This document shows positions 49,850-58,112 of a DNA stretch of 64,000 nt, one piece after another; the first letter of the stretch is position 1, and each line of letters begins with the position of its first letter. The stretch comes from Phycisphaeraceae bacterium. Its GTDB lineage: Bacteria > Planctomycetota > Phycisphaerae > Phycisphaerales > Phycisphaeraceae. The translations under genes were made by a program, and so were the position numbers. The DNA is taken from positions 1,664,001 to 1,728,000 of the forward strand of contig OY771506.1 in assembly GCA_963674705.1 (NCBI GenBank), read 5' to 3'. The notes under the pieces were generated by a model. The model was not told where the DNA came from and made no database searches. It saw only the letters and a program-made list of their open reading frames with translations.

Positions 49850-50221
49850 ATGCGGGCGTACTTATTCACACTTGTGCTTTTGCTTACGTTGGTTGGTTGC
49901 GGCAAGGCCGAACAGCCGTCGCTGACAGAGCTGCGCAAGAACGCGCCGGTGAAACGCGTGCAGGTCTTTGATGACAGTACGGTGCTTGTTGAGGGGCAGG
50001 CTCTGGATTCGGCATCGCTTGATGATACGTTCTCACAACTGGCTGAAGCCCACGGAGTGGTGTGGTACTACCGGCAGAATCCGGACGCGGCGTTATCACC
50101 CACCGCGCGGGACCTGCTTGGCCTGATGCTGGATCACGAGCTTGCGATCTGCCTGTCGCTGGAGCCGGATTTTCTTGATATGCCTCAGCCTGACACTGAG
50201 CTGACGGATCATGCGGGATGA
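49850..50221 (+). CDS. Small lipoprotein (ExbD-like periplasmic fold possible)
   Basis: Lipobox LVGC after a hydrophobic stretch. Confidence 0.6.
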   Translation: MRAYLFTLVLLLTLVGCGKAEQPSLTELRKNAPVKRVQVFDDSTVLVEGQALDSASLDDTFSQLAEAHGVVWYYRQNPDAALSPTARDLLGLMLDHELAICLSLEPDFLDMPQPDTELTDHAG

Positions 50222-50254
50222 CAGATCAAGACGTCAGGCGTTAAACTAAATCTC

Positions 50255-51643
50255 ATGGCTGCATCACCTTCGCCACTGCTTTGGACGATCATTCTGCTCA
50301 TCATGCTCGGGCTGACCGCTGCGATCGGCCTGCTGCTGTGCATCTGGTGTTTGCGTGGTAAACGGATCGACGACCATCCGGTGTGTCGCAAGTGTGGCTA
50401 CGACCTGAGCGGCGCGCCCGAGCCGTATAACAAGTGCTCGGAATGCGGGGCGGACTTAACGACCAAACGCGCAATGCGCAAAGGCAATCGTAAGAAACTG
50501 ATGGGTTCAGCCATGGTAACCGGCGTGGTTGCTTTGGTTGCCGCAGTGTTGTTGGGCATGATGATTTTCAATACGTTTGGTGGCACAAGCATTAATGCCT
50601 ACAAGCCGTTCTGGTTGTTGAAGCTGGAAGCGACATCGACCGTATTGGGGCCGAACGATCAGGCGCTGGATGAATTGTTGTTGCGGGCGGAAAGTGGAAG
50701 TCTTTCATCCGGTCAGCTCGATGATCTGATGGATGCCACGCTCAAAATGCAGGCGGATATGTCTATCCCATGGGACCCGACTTGGGGTGATGTGTTTGCG
50801 GAATTGTTTACGCGGGGTGTGGGTACGCCAAAGCAGCGCGAGCAATATGCTGCAGGCATATATGCTTTTGACATTAAAGTAAGGCCGCGTGTAAGGCTGG
50901 GAGATTCGATCCCTGTTAAAAAGTATGACGCATACAATCGGGGCCACGGCGACAAGGCTGAATACCGAAGCTACAAATTACAAAAACCGATTATCGAAAT
51001 AGACGGCTCTGTTACAGGCAGGCCGTACAGAACAACCTCAACTCTGGGCTTCTCTGATAATCCAAACTGGGAAGATGTCGGTGGAACTCAGGTGCGTTTT
51101 AATGATGAAGAATTAAAATCACTCGCGGCCGGTACGCATACGCTGAAACTCATCGAGACAACAGAGATCCGCTTGGATGGGATGACTGTCGCTACCATCG
51201 ACCGCACTTCGACAAAGAACTTTGAGATCGTCTCAGCGGATACAGATGACATCGAGCGGATTCATGACCCCGCCGCCGCCGCTTTGATGGAGAAAGGCGT
51301 AACAGTTGATCGTAACCTGATTGGTTACCATTACAGATTACGTCGTGATCGATTTCTCGTGAATCTCAAGATTGATGGGACGACGGCTCCATTTGCCTAC
51401 GCGATCAATGCAAAGTCTGGTGAGGATCAATGGTGGTTGGGCACTATCGCGTGTAACAGTCCCACGCACAGTGAAAGCTTCGGCTTTGTAAGAGGCTGGC
51501 CCGACAACTTCGTCGCCGAGCGGGTCGACCTGATCTTCCGCCCCGACCCGGATGCGGCGAGAGAGACGATCGATGTATTTCGCATCCTGGACCATGAATT
51601 TGTTATCAAAGATGTCAGGGTCGATGTGGTGCGTCAGCCTTGA
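50255..51643 (+). CDS. Membrane protein: TM, zinc ribbon, TM, large soluble domain
   Basis: HPVCRKCGYDLSG...CSECG between two TM helices. Confidence 0.75.
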   Translation: MAASPSPLLWTIILLIMLGLTAAIGLLLCIWCLRGKRIDDHPVCRKCGYDLSGAPEPYNKCSECGADLTTKRAMRKGNRKKLMGSAMVTGVVALVAAVLLGMMIFNTFGGTSINAYKPFWLLKLEATSTVLGPNDQALDELLLRAESGSLSSGQLDDLMDATLKMQADMSIPWDPTWGDVFAELFTRGVGTPKQREQYAAGIYAFDIKVRPRVRLGDSIPVKKYDAYNRGHGDKAEYRSYKLQKPIIEIDGSVTGRPYRTTSTLGFSDNPNWEDVGGTQVRFNDEELKSLAAGTHTLKLIETTEIRLDGMTVATIDRTSTKNFEIVSADTDDIERIHDPAAAALMEKGVTVDRNLIGYHYRLRRDRFLVNLKIDGTTAPFAYAINAKSGEDQWWLGTIACNSPTHSESFGFVRGWPDNFVAERVDLIFRPDPDAARETIDVFRILDHEFVIKDVRVDVVRQP

Positions 51644-51744
51644 GGTTGGGGTATAACATATATTCAACAGGTATTACGACGCATCAGATTGAGTGAGTCA
51701 TACTTCGTTTAAACAATACCGCAATTCAGTGAAGATGTTCCGGC

Positions 51745-53109
51745 ATGATACTCATTTACCCCATTTTGATTGTGGTTGCATTGGTTGGTCTTATCCGCTG
51801 TGTTCAGTATTGGCGGGGTAAGCCGGTGGATAAGCATCCGGTGTGTCGGCAGTGCCGGTATGATCTGATCGGGACGCCCGAGCCGCGCGAGGCATGTCCT
51901 GAATGCGGTGCGGACCTGACGGCCAAGAAAGCGATCGTCATCGGCAACCGCAGGTGCAGAACGGGCCCGGCCATCTTCGCCGGGGCATTGGGGCTCGCAT
52001 CCACCGCCCTTCTCGTTTTCCTGCTGATCAGTTTTCTGCAGCACACGAATCTTAATCCTTACAAGCCGTTCTGGTTACTAAAGCTGGAAGCGACGTCTCC
52101 AACATTTGGACCGAACGACAAGGCATTGGATGAGTTGTTATTGCGAACGCAAACCGGCAGTTTGTCTGCGGGCCAGCTCGATGACCTTTTGGGAACGGTG
52201 CTCAAGGTACAGGCGGATACTTCGATAGCGTGGGACGAGACATGGGGGGATGTGTTCGGGGAGCTGTTTACACAAGGTGTGGGCACGCAGGCGCAGTACG
52301 ATCAGTATGCGCAGCAGATTTACGATTACTCGGTCATCGTTCGGCCGCGCGTAGTGTTGAGTAAACGGGTCGCGGTGGCAACGAGCCGGTCTGCTGACAG
52401 GGGCCAGGGAGATTCCGCCCACTACTACTTTGTAGAGCACGGCGACATCATCGAGATCGACGGCCTTGTTCTGGATCGGACACAGCAAGGCGGATCGGGA
52501 AGTGGCTTTGTCAGTAGCGCAGGGCATTCCGGCGGTGGGACGAGTTTCGGGACAGACAGTGAGCCGTTTGATCAGCTTCAACCCGGGCAATATGACGTGA
52601 CATACACCGAGCCGACCGAGATACGTCTGGGCAGCAGCAGTGGGCCTTTGATCGCCGAGTTTGATCGTGTGCGCCGATGTCCGCTTGAATTGTTGCCTGT
52701 GGATGCGGAAGAAGTAGCGTTGTTTACGGACCCGCAAGCGGCGGCAGCGATGGAAACGGGAATATCGATCAAGGACAATCGCATCAAGATCAGGCCGCAG
52801 AAGAATCGGCCGCAATACATTAATGCACGGTTTGAGGTTGAGCTGGATGGGACGACCGTGCCGTTCGGCTATCAGATGCTGGTTGAGTGTGAGGGTAAAG
52901 AATACAGGCTGGCGGAGGTCGCACGTTCCGGACCGACCACGAACAGCTCGCACGGCTTTGCGACCCGTTGGCCAAGCGAGGTCGATGCGGATCGCGTTGA
53001 TGTGATCTTCCGTCCACATCCTGATGCCGCCAGAGGCACGGTTGATGTCTACCGCATTCTCGATCATGAGTTTGTTATCAGGGATGTCGAGGTCGTGCTG
53101 GAGCCTTAG
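51745..53109 (+). CDS. Tandem paralog of 50255-51643
   Basis: HPVCRQCRYDLIG...CPECG; shared YKPFWLLKLEATS and RILDHEFVI blocks. Confidence 0.75.
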   Translation: MILIYPILIVVALVGLIRCVQYWRGKPVDKHPVCRQCRYDLIGTPEPREACPECGADLTAKKAIVIGNRRCRTGPAIFAGALGLASTALLVFLLISFLQHTNLNPYKPFWLLKLEATSPTFGPNDKALDELLLRTQTGSLSAGQLDDLLGTVLKVQADTSIAWDETWGDVFGELFTQGVGTQAQYDQYAQQIYDYSVIVRPRVVLSKRVAVATSRSADRGQGDSAHYYFVEHGDIIEIDGLVLDRTQQGGSGSGFVSSAGHSGGGTSFGTDSEPFDQLQPGQYDVTYTEPTEIRLGSSSGPLIAEFDRVRRCPLELLPVDAEEVALFTDPQAAAAMETGISIKDNRIKIRPQKNRPQYINARFEVELDGTTVPFGYQMLVECEGKEYRLAEVARSGPTTNSSHGFATRWPSEVDADRVDVIFRPHPDAARGTVDVYRILDHEFVIRDVEVVLEP

Positions 53110-53290
53110 TTGGCGCACTTATCAGGGGCGGCTTGTTAATCTGGGGAAACTGGGCAATTCTATCTAAGGCCTTAACCAACATTTCATACAGAAAAGTCTT
53201 GCAACATAAGATCTAAATATGCTTTAATCATGGTTCTTTGGACATCTGAGCTTGTGTTCTGATCTGAGCGGCGGAGTTTGAGGGGTTTGG

Positions 53291-53710
53291 ATGAGTACAT
53301 TGCACGGGGTGGTCGGCCGATGGGGACGGGCCGAGTCGGCTGAGGTTGTCAGGCGTCGGGTGGTGTTTGCGTTTCATGCGGGTTGCGTGGGGCTGTTTAT
53401 TTGTCTGATGGCGACGGTGTTCGGCATCTCTGATGGTGGAGAGTGGTTGGGGTTGCCGCCGGACTATTCGCGGTTGGGCTGGTGTTTGCGGATCGTGGGC
53501 GCGGCGATCGGGATCGTATTGCTTATCTATCTGTATACGATGCATCGCGCATACCTTGGGCGCAAGTTCAGCAGAACTTTCACCGGGCGCATGGTACGGT
53601 TTGGTCTGGCCGTATGCAGCGCAGCGGTCGTGTGGGAATTCGTGCTGCTGGGCAGCGTGCTGTTTGTGGTATTGATCGTTGGCTACTGCGTGTTCAATGA
53701 CGGCGTGTGA
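53291..53710 (+). CDS. Hypothetical membrane protein
   Basis: Three to four hydrophobic segments. Confidence 0.5.
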   Translation: MSTLHGVVGRWGRAESAEVVRRRVVFAFHAGCVGLFICLMATVFGISDGGEWLGLPPDYSRLGWCLRIVGAAIGIVLLIYLYTMHRAYLGRKFSRTFTGRMVRFGLAVCSAAVVWEFVLLGSVLFVVLIVGYCVFNDGV

Positions 53711-53725
53711 TGTAGAGCGGCGCGA

Positions 53726-54463
53726 TCAACTCAACATCTTCTTCAGATTTTCCAGGCCGACTTTTGCAGACTCAAGCGGGCTGACTTTCCAGTTGCTGTC
53801 CTGTTCGACGATGTAGTACTTCACACCGGCGGACCTGGCGGCGGCGATCATGGCTTTGAAGTCCAGCACGCCCGTGCCAACCTCGGCGAAACCCTTTTCG
53901 GGTGAGTCGGCCATGTCTTTGATGTGAAGCAGCGGCAGGCGGCCCGTGAGTTTGTTGATCCAGTCGACGGGGTTGTCGCCGGCTTTGGCGGCCCAGTAGA
54001 CGTCCAACTCGCTGTTAAGCGATTTGTATTCAGGGGTATCGAAAAGGATATCGATGCCGCGCCGGCCATCGTCGGCGGGTTGCCATTCGAAGTCGTGGTT
54101 GTGGTAGCAGACGGTCAGGCCTTGCTCGTTGAGTTTCGCGGCGGCTTCGGTGAGACGTTTGGCGATGGCGACGTAGCTCTTGCGTTGTGATTCATCGAGG
54201 TAGGGGCAGACGATGAACTTGTGGCCGAGGATCTGGGCACGCTCGGCGGCGACTTTCGGATCGTCCACGGCTTCATGCGAAGCGATCGCGGTCAGGTTGT
54301 GCTTATCAAGCAATGCCCGGAACTGCTCAGGCGTCTTGTCGTAGAGCCCGGCCAGCTCGACGTACTGATAACCCATCTTGGCGATCTGCGCGAGCGTCGC
54401 GTCCACATCACGGGCCAGGTCATCACGGACGGTATACAGTTGCAGGCCGATAGGCAGGGGCAT
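53726..54463 (-). CDS. Sugar phosphate isomerase/epimerase
   Basis: GLQLYTVRD, YHNHDFE, ELDVYW, LHIKD, VGTG, IVEQD. Confidence 0.92.
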   Translation of the reverse strand: MPLPIGLQLYTVRDDLARDVDATLAQIAKMGYQYVELAGLYDKTPEQFRALLDKHNLTAIASHEAVDDPKVAAERAQILGHKFIVCPYLDESQRKSYVAIAKRLTEAAAKLNEQGLTVCYHNHDFEWQPADDGRRGIDILFDTPEYKSLNSELDVYWAAKAGDNPVDWINKLTGRLPLLHIKDMADSPEKGFAEVGTGVLDFKAMIAAARSAGVKYYIVEQDSNWKVSPLESAKVGLENLKKMLS

Positions 54464-54851
54464 GGTCGAACTCCAGATCTATTTTGGGGACAAACGGGTG
54501 AGGAATCACCTACGTTAGCATTTCCTGCTGATGCGACAAGGCGGTTTGGGGGTGAAACGCATTTACATTTGGGCGATAGACTGGCCGTGTCCTCCCCCTC
54601 CCTCCTGTCCGATGTTCTATTTGTTTGTAACGGATGATTGGGCATGGTGATAGCTCGGTGTCCGCCTGATGGGGGTAGGACGTCCGCCCCGGCCTGTCGA
54701 CCTGCCTGCGGTGGTTTTTGTGTCCGCCTTGTGTGTCCGGCTGTGGCCATTATGCGCATCTGTGTATTTCAGGCATGGGCAAATAAAACACCCCTATATA
54801 AGGGAGATGCGGCAGATCTATGCGCATGATGACGGGCGGTGGCCTGGTGGG

Positions 54852-55469
54852 TTATGGTGCTTGTTCGCCCAGAGCATCATTGATGAGCACTTCGGCCGCC
54901 TGTTTGGCGACGGCGGCGGCGCAGCCTCGGTTCTCGCTGGGGCAGACCTGGGTCAAAACGATCGCGCCTTCCATGAGGATGCACAACTGTGCGGCGAGGG
55001 CGGCGGGGTCGGGCGCATGGGCCTGGGCGGCCAACTCACAGACGTATTTTTCGACCAGGCGTTTGTGTTCCGCGGCGGCGGCGTGGATGGGGTTGTCGTG
55101 GTCGGCGTACTCGGCGGAGGCGTTGATGAACATGCAGCCGGCGAATTTGCAGTCCGCAAACCACTCGGCCAGGAAGTCGAATAACGCCAGCAACCGGCCA
55201 CGCGGGGTCTTGGCCTTCTTTTCAATGCTCCGCATGAAGCTGTTGCGCCATCGCTCGTCCCGCAGGCGCAGTGCGGCGAGGATCAGTTCGTCTTTCGACT
55301 TAAAGTGCTTGTATAGCGTCATCTTAGCGACGCCCGCGACCTCCAGCACACGATCGATCCCGGTGGCGTGGAAGCCCTCCTGCTCGAAGAGCTTGAGTGC
55401 GTTTTCGACAAGTTGGTCGCGTTTGGTGGACAAGGGGGAGTCGGGTATCGGGTTTCGGGTATCGGGCAT
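54852..55469 (-). CDS. TetR/AcrR family regulator
   Basis: FEQEGFHATGIDRVLEVAGVAKMTLYKHFKSKDEL; FAGCMFINASAE. Confidence 0.95.
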   Translation of the reverse strand: MPDTRNPIPDSPLSTKRDQLVENALKLFEQEGFHATGIDRVLEVAGVAKMTLYKHFKSKDELILAALRLRDERWRNSFMRSIEKKAKTPRGRLLALFDFLAEWFADCKFAGCMFINASAEYADHDNPIHAAAAEHKRLVEKYVCELAAQAHAPDPAALAAQLCILMEGAIVLTQVCPSENRGCAAAVAKQAAEVLINDALGEQAP

Positions 55470-55513
55470 CAGATTACGGAGATCGCTGCATAACGCATTA
55501 TATCGGCCAAATG

Positions 55514-55609
55514 AATAGACAGAATGGTATGTTTAAAAAGATTGATTTGGATCAAATTAAAGTTAATTGGCAAATATTACGAACAATGGAATAGACAGGT
55601 CTGTATACT
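55514..55609. promoter_or_regulatory. Two putative TetR operators
   Basis: AATAGACAGAATGGTATG (55514) and AATAGACAGGTCTGTATAC (about 55591), imperfect palindromes in the divergent promoter. Confidence 0.55.
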
Positions 55610-55653
55610 TGTTGTCTGGGGTGTAGTGAACGCTGATGCGTTTGGAAAGACCA

Positions 55654-55712
55654 CACCCCCGGCCCCCGGCCCCCGGCCCCCGGAAACATATATACCGGGG
55701 GACCGGGGGGTG
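55654..55712. repeat. Inverted CCCCGGC heptamer element in the 5' leader
   Basis: CACCCCCGGCCCCCGGCCCCCGGCCCCCGG-aaacatatata-CCGGGGGACCGGGGGGTG. Confidence 0.7.
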
Positions 55713-55738
55713 CCCAGACCTGAGAGGAACAGACGAAT

Positions 55739-56290
55739 ATGGCACGCATTGAACCCCTGGAGATCACTGACGCACCTGAGAAGAGTCGGCCGCTGCTTGA
55801 GGCGGTCCAGAAGCAGCTTGGATTTGTCCCGAATATTTACAAGGCCGTCTCCCATGCCCCTTCGGTATTGGATGGTTTACTTGGGCTCGGACAGAAACTT
55901 GGCGGCGGGTCGCTGTCAGCGAAGCTGCGTGAGCAGCTTGCGCTAGCTGTAGCTGGTATCAATACTTGTGATTACTGTGCCTCTGCACATACCGCGATCG
56001 GCACGAAGCTGGGCCTTTCCGAGGACGAAATTTCGAAGAACCTGCGCGGCGATTCGGATGACCCTGCTACGGCGGCGGCGCTTGGCTTCGCACGATCGAT
56101 CAGCGACCGCAGGGGCCATGTCAGCGATGAGCAGGTCCAAGCGATGCGCGATGCGGGATTCAGCGATCAGCAGATTGTGGAGGTCTTCGCCCAGACGCTG
56201 ATGAATATCTTCACGAACTACTTCAACCATCTGGCACAAACTGAAATCGACTTCCCGCTGGTGCAGACGGGGCAGCCGCAGGCTGTGTGA
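55739..56290 (+). CDS. Carboxymuconolactone decarboxylase / AhpD-like peroxidase
   Basis: LGFVPNI, REQLALAVAGINTCDYCASAH, FTNYFNH. Confidence 0.92.
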   Translation: MARIEPLEITDAPEKSRPLLEAVQKQLGFVPNIYKAVSHAPSVLDGLLGLGQKLGGGSLSAKLREQLALAVAGINTCDYCASAHTAIGTKLGLSEDEISKNLRGDSDDPATAAALGFARSISDRRGHVSDEQVQAMRDAGFSDQQIVEVFAQTLMNIFTNYFNHLAQTEIDFPLVQTGQPQAV

Positions 56291-56314
56291 ACGGAATTTG
56301 GGGAAACAATATCC

Positions 56315-56390
56315 CTCAGCCCCCGGCTCTGCTGGGGGACCTCGAAGTGGAAGGTGCGAATAAATTCCCCAGCAGAGCCGGGGGCTGAGA
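56315..56390. repeat. Inverted REP-like doublet (REPIN-like)
   Basis: CTCAGCCCCCGGCTCTGCTGGGG ... CCCCAGCAGAGCCGGGGGCTGAG, a perfect 23-bp inverted pair. Confidence 0.8.
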
Positions 56391-56440
56391 GTAGAAATCC
56401 GCTGTACGAATCAAATAACTTCATGAAAGGAGCCATCATC

Positions 56441-56785
56441 ATGGCAGGCAAGAACACACTTGAATTGAACGAACAGAACTTCCAGCAGCAGGTGCTGGAT
56501 CACGATGGAACGGTGCTGGTCGACTTTTATGCGGACTGGTGCGCCCCATGCCGGGCGGTTGGGCCGGTAGTCGACGCCTTGGCGGAGGAGTATGCCGGGC
56601 AGGTGCCGGTGGGCAAGGTGAATGTCGACAACAGCCCGCAATTGGCGGCGCAGTACGGCATCCGCTCGATCCCGGCGCTGCTGGTCTTCCAGAACGGCGA
56701 AGTCGTGAACCAGATGGCTGGTTTCCAATCTAAAAAGACGCTCGCTGCCGCGGTTGAGGCCGCACGCAGCCAGCCGACCGCCTGA
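56441..56785 (+). CDS. trxA: Thioredoxin
   Basis: VDFYADWCAPC, YGIRSIP; RBS AAGGAG. Confidence 0.93.
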   Translation: MAGKNTLELNEQNFQQQVLDHDGTVLVDFYADWCAPCRAVGPVVDALAEEYAGQVPVGKVNVDNSPQLAAQYGIRSIPALLVFQNGEVVNQMAGFQSKKTLAAAVEAARSQPTA

Positions 56786-56804
56786 CCCCTCATTCCTACC
56801 CCAC

Positions 56805-56843
56805 AAGCCCGCGTCGGTTCTGGATTCCGGCGCGGGCTTTTTT
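56805..56843 (+). terminator. Intrinsic terminator
   Basis: AAGCCCGCGTCGG...CCGGCGCGGGCTT followed by TTTT. Confidence 0.8.
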
Positions 56844-56870
56844 CATCACTGACATAACGGAGGACACGTC

Positions 56871-57005
56871 ATGCCGGATGAGCAGCAGAAACCGGATGCA
56901 CAGGAGTCAATCCATAACGACACCACCGAGACGTGGGACCATCTTTGCGGGGCTGACCCGAACTGGTCGGCGATCGTGGGTGAAGATGAGGTGGAAGATG
57001 AGTGA
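56871..57005 (+). CDS. Acidic 44-aa small protein not in the ORF track
   Basis: SD GGAGG upstream of the ATG; the stop overlaps the next start (ATGAGTGA). Confidence 0.55.
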   Translation: MPDEQQKPDAQESIHNDTTETWDHLCGADPNWSAIVGEDEVEDE

Positions 57006-57900
57006 TGTCTTCCACGAGGGTGAGTTGGCTGTGCAGGCCCGGGCGGGCGTGTCAGATCAGGCGCAGCGGGTCGGGCGGATCATTCAGCCGACCTTGCCGG
57101 AGGGTGCGGCTATGTTTTTAGCCAACCTGCCGATGTTGATTCTGGGCGGGGTGGATGGGCGTGGGGATGTGTGGGCATCGGTATTGGCAGGCCAGGCGGG
57201 TTTTATCCGTGCGGCCGGGCCGAGGGAGGTGGTGATTGATGCCCTGCTGAGGTCGGATGATCCGTTGGCGGGATTGGAAGCGGGGGCGGATGCGGGATTT
57301 CTGGCGATCGAACTGTCGACGCGGAGGCGCTTCCGGTTCAATGGGAAGCTCACGCGAGCTGATGGCGAATTGCATGTGCGGGTCGAGCAGGCGTACGGCA
57401 ACTGTCCGAAGTACATCCAGGTGCGAGAGTTGATTGGCGTGCAGAAGCCTTCGCCGGCACGGTTAACTGTTGTGGACACGCGGTTAAGCAGGTTGGATAT
57501 CGAGCTGATCCGCCGCAGTGATACGTTTTTTATTGCAAGCACGGCGAAGGGTTATGGTGCTGATGTGTCACACCGCGGGGGATTGCCGGGATTTGTGCGC
57601 GCATCGGCGGACGGCACGCTTGTATTTAAGGATTACCCGGGCAACAACATGTTCCAGACGCTTGGGAACCTGACGATCGATCCGCGTGCGGGCTTGCTGT
57701 TCATCGATTTTGAAAGCGGCACGATGCTGCAGTTAACGGGGAAGGCTGAGGTGCGTTGGCCGGGCGGTCAAACGCATGACCGGGCGGACACGGGGCGGGA
57801 GGTGGTGCTCCGGCCGAAGCGGGTGATCCGTTCGCCAAGGGCGCTGGGTTTGCGTTGGGTGCTGCGTGAGAATTCGCCATTCAATCCGGAAGAAAAATAA
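56998..57900 (+). CDS. Pyridoxamine 5'-phosphate oxidase-like FMN-binding protein (tandem domains)
   Basis: FHEGELAVQ, GNCPKYIQ, FFIAS, DVSHRGGLPGFV, DYPGNNMFQTLGNL. Confidence 0.92.
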   Translation: MSDVFHEGELAVQARAGVSDQAQRVGRIIQPTLPEGAAMFLANLPMLILGGVDGRGDVWASVLAGQAGFIRAAGPREVVIDALLRSDDPLAGLEAGADAGFLAIELSTRRRFRFNGKLTRADGELHVRVEQAYGNCPKYIQVRELIGVQKPSPARLTVVDTRLSRLDIELIRRSDTFFIASTAKGYGADVSHRGGLPGFVRASADGTLVFKDYPGNNMFQTLGNLTIDPRAGLLFIDFESGTMLQLTGKAEVRWPGGQTHDRADTGREVVLRPKRVIRSPRALGLRWVLRENSPFNPEEK

Positions 57901-58112
57901 ACTCAAAAATCGACGATGTGGTGGCCATCGACCCAATCCAAGATCAAACGGAGAGTTATCACGATTGATCGGTAAAACCGGCTCATTTTGGCTATCGACA
58001 GCGTGGGCATGACGCGTTACTTTGGGTGAACGAGCGTATGGCTGAGTTGTCTTGCCATACCTAGGATACTCATGAACCGCTGAACCGACCCAGAGTGAGG
58101 GACCGGCCAGGG

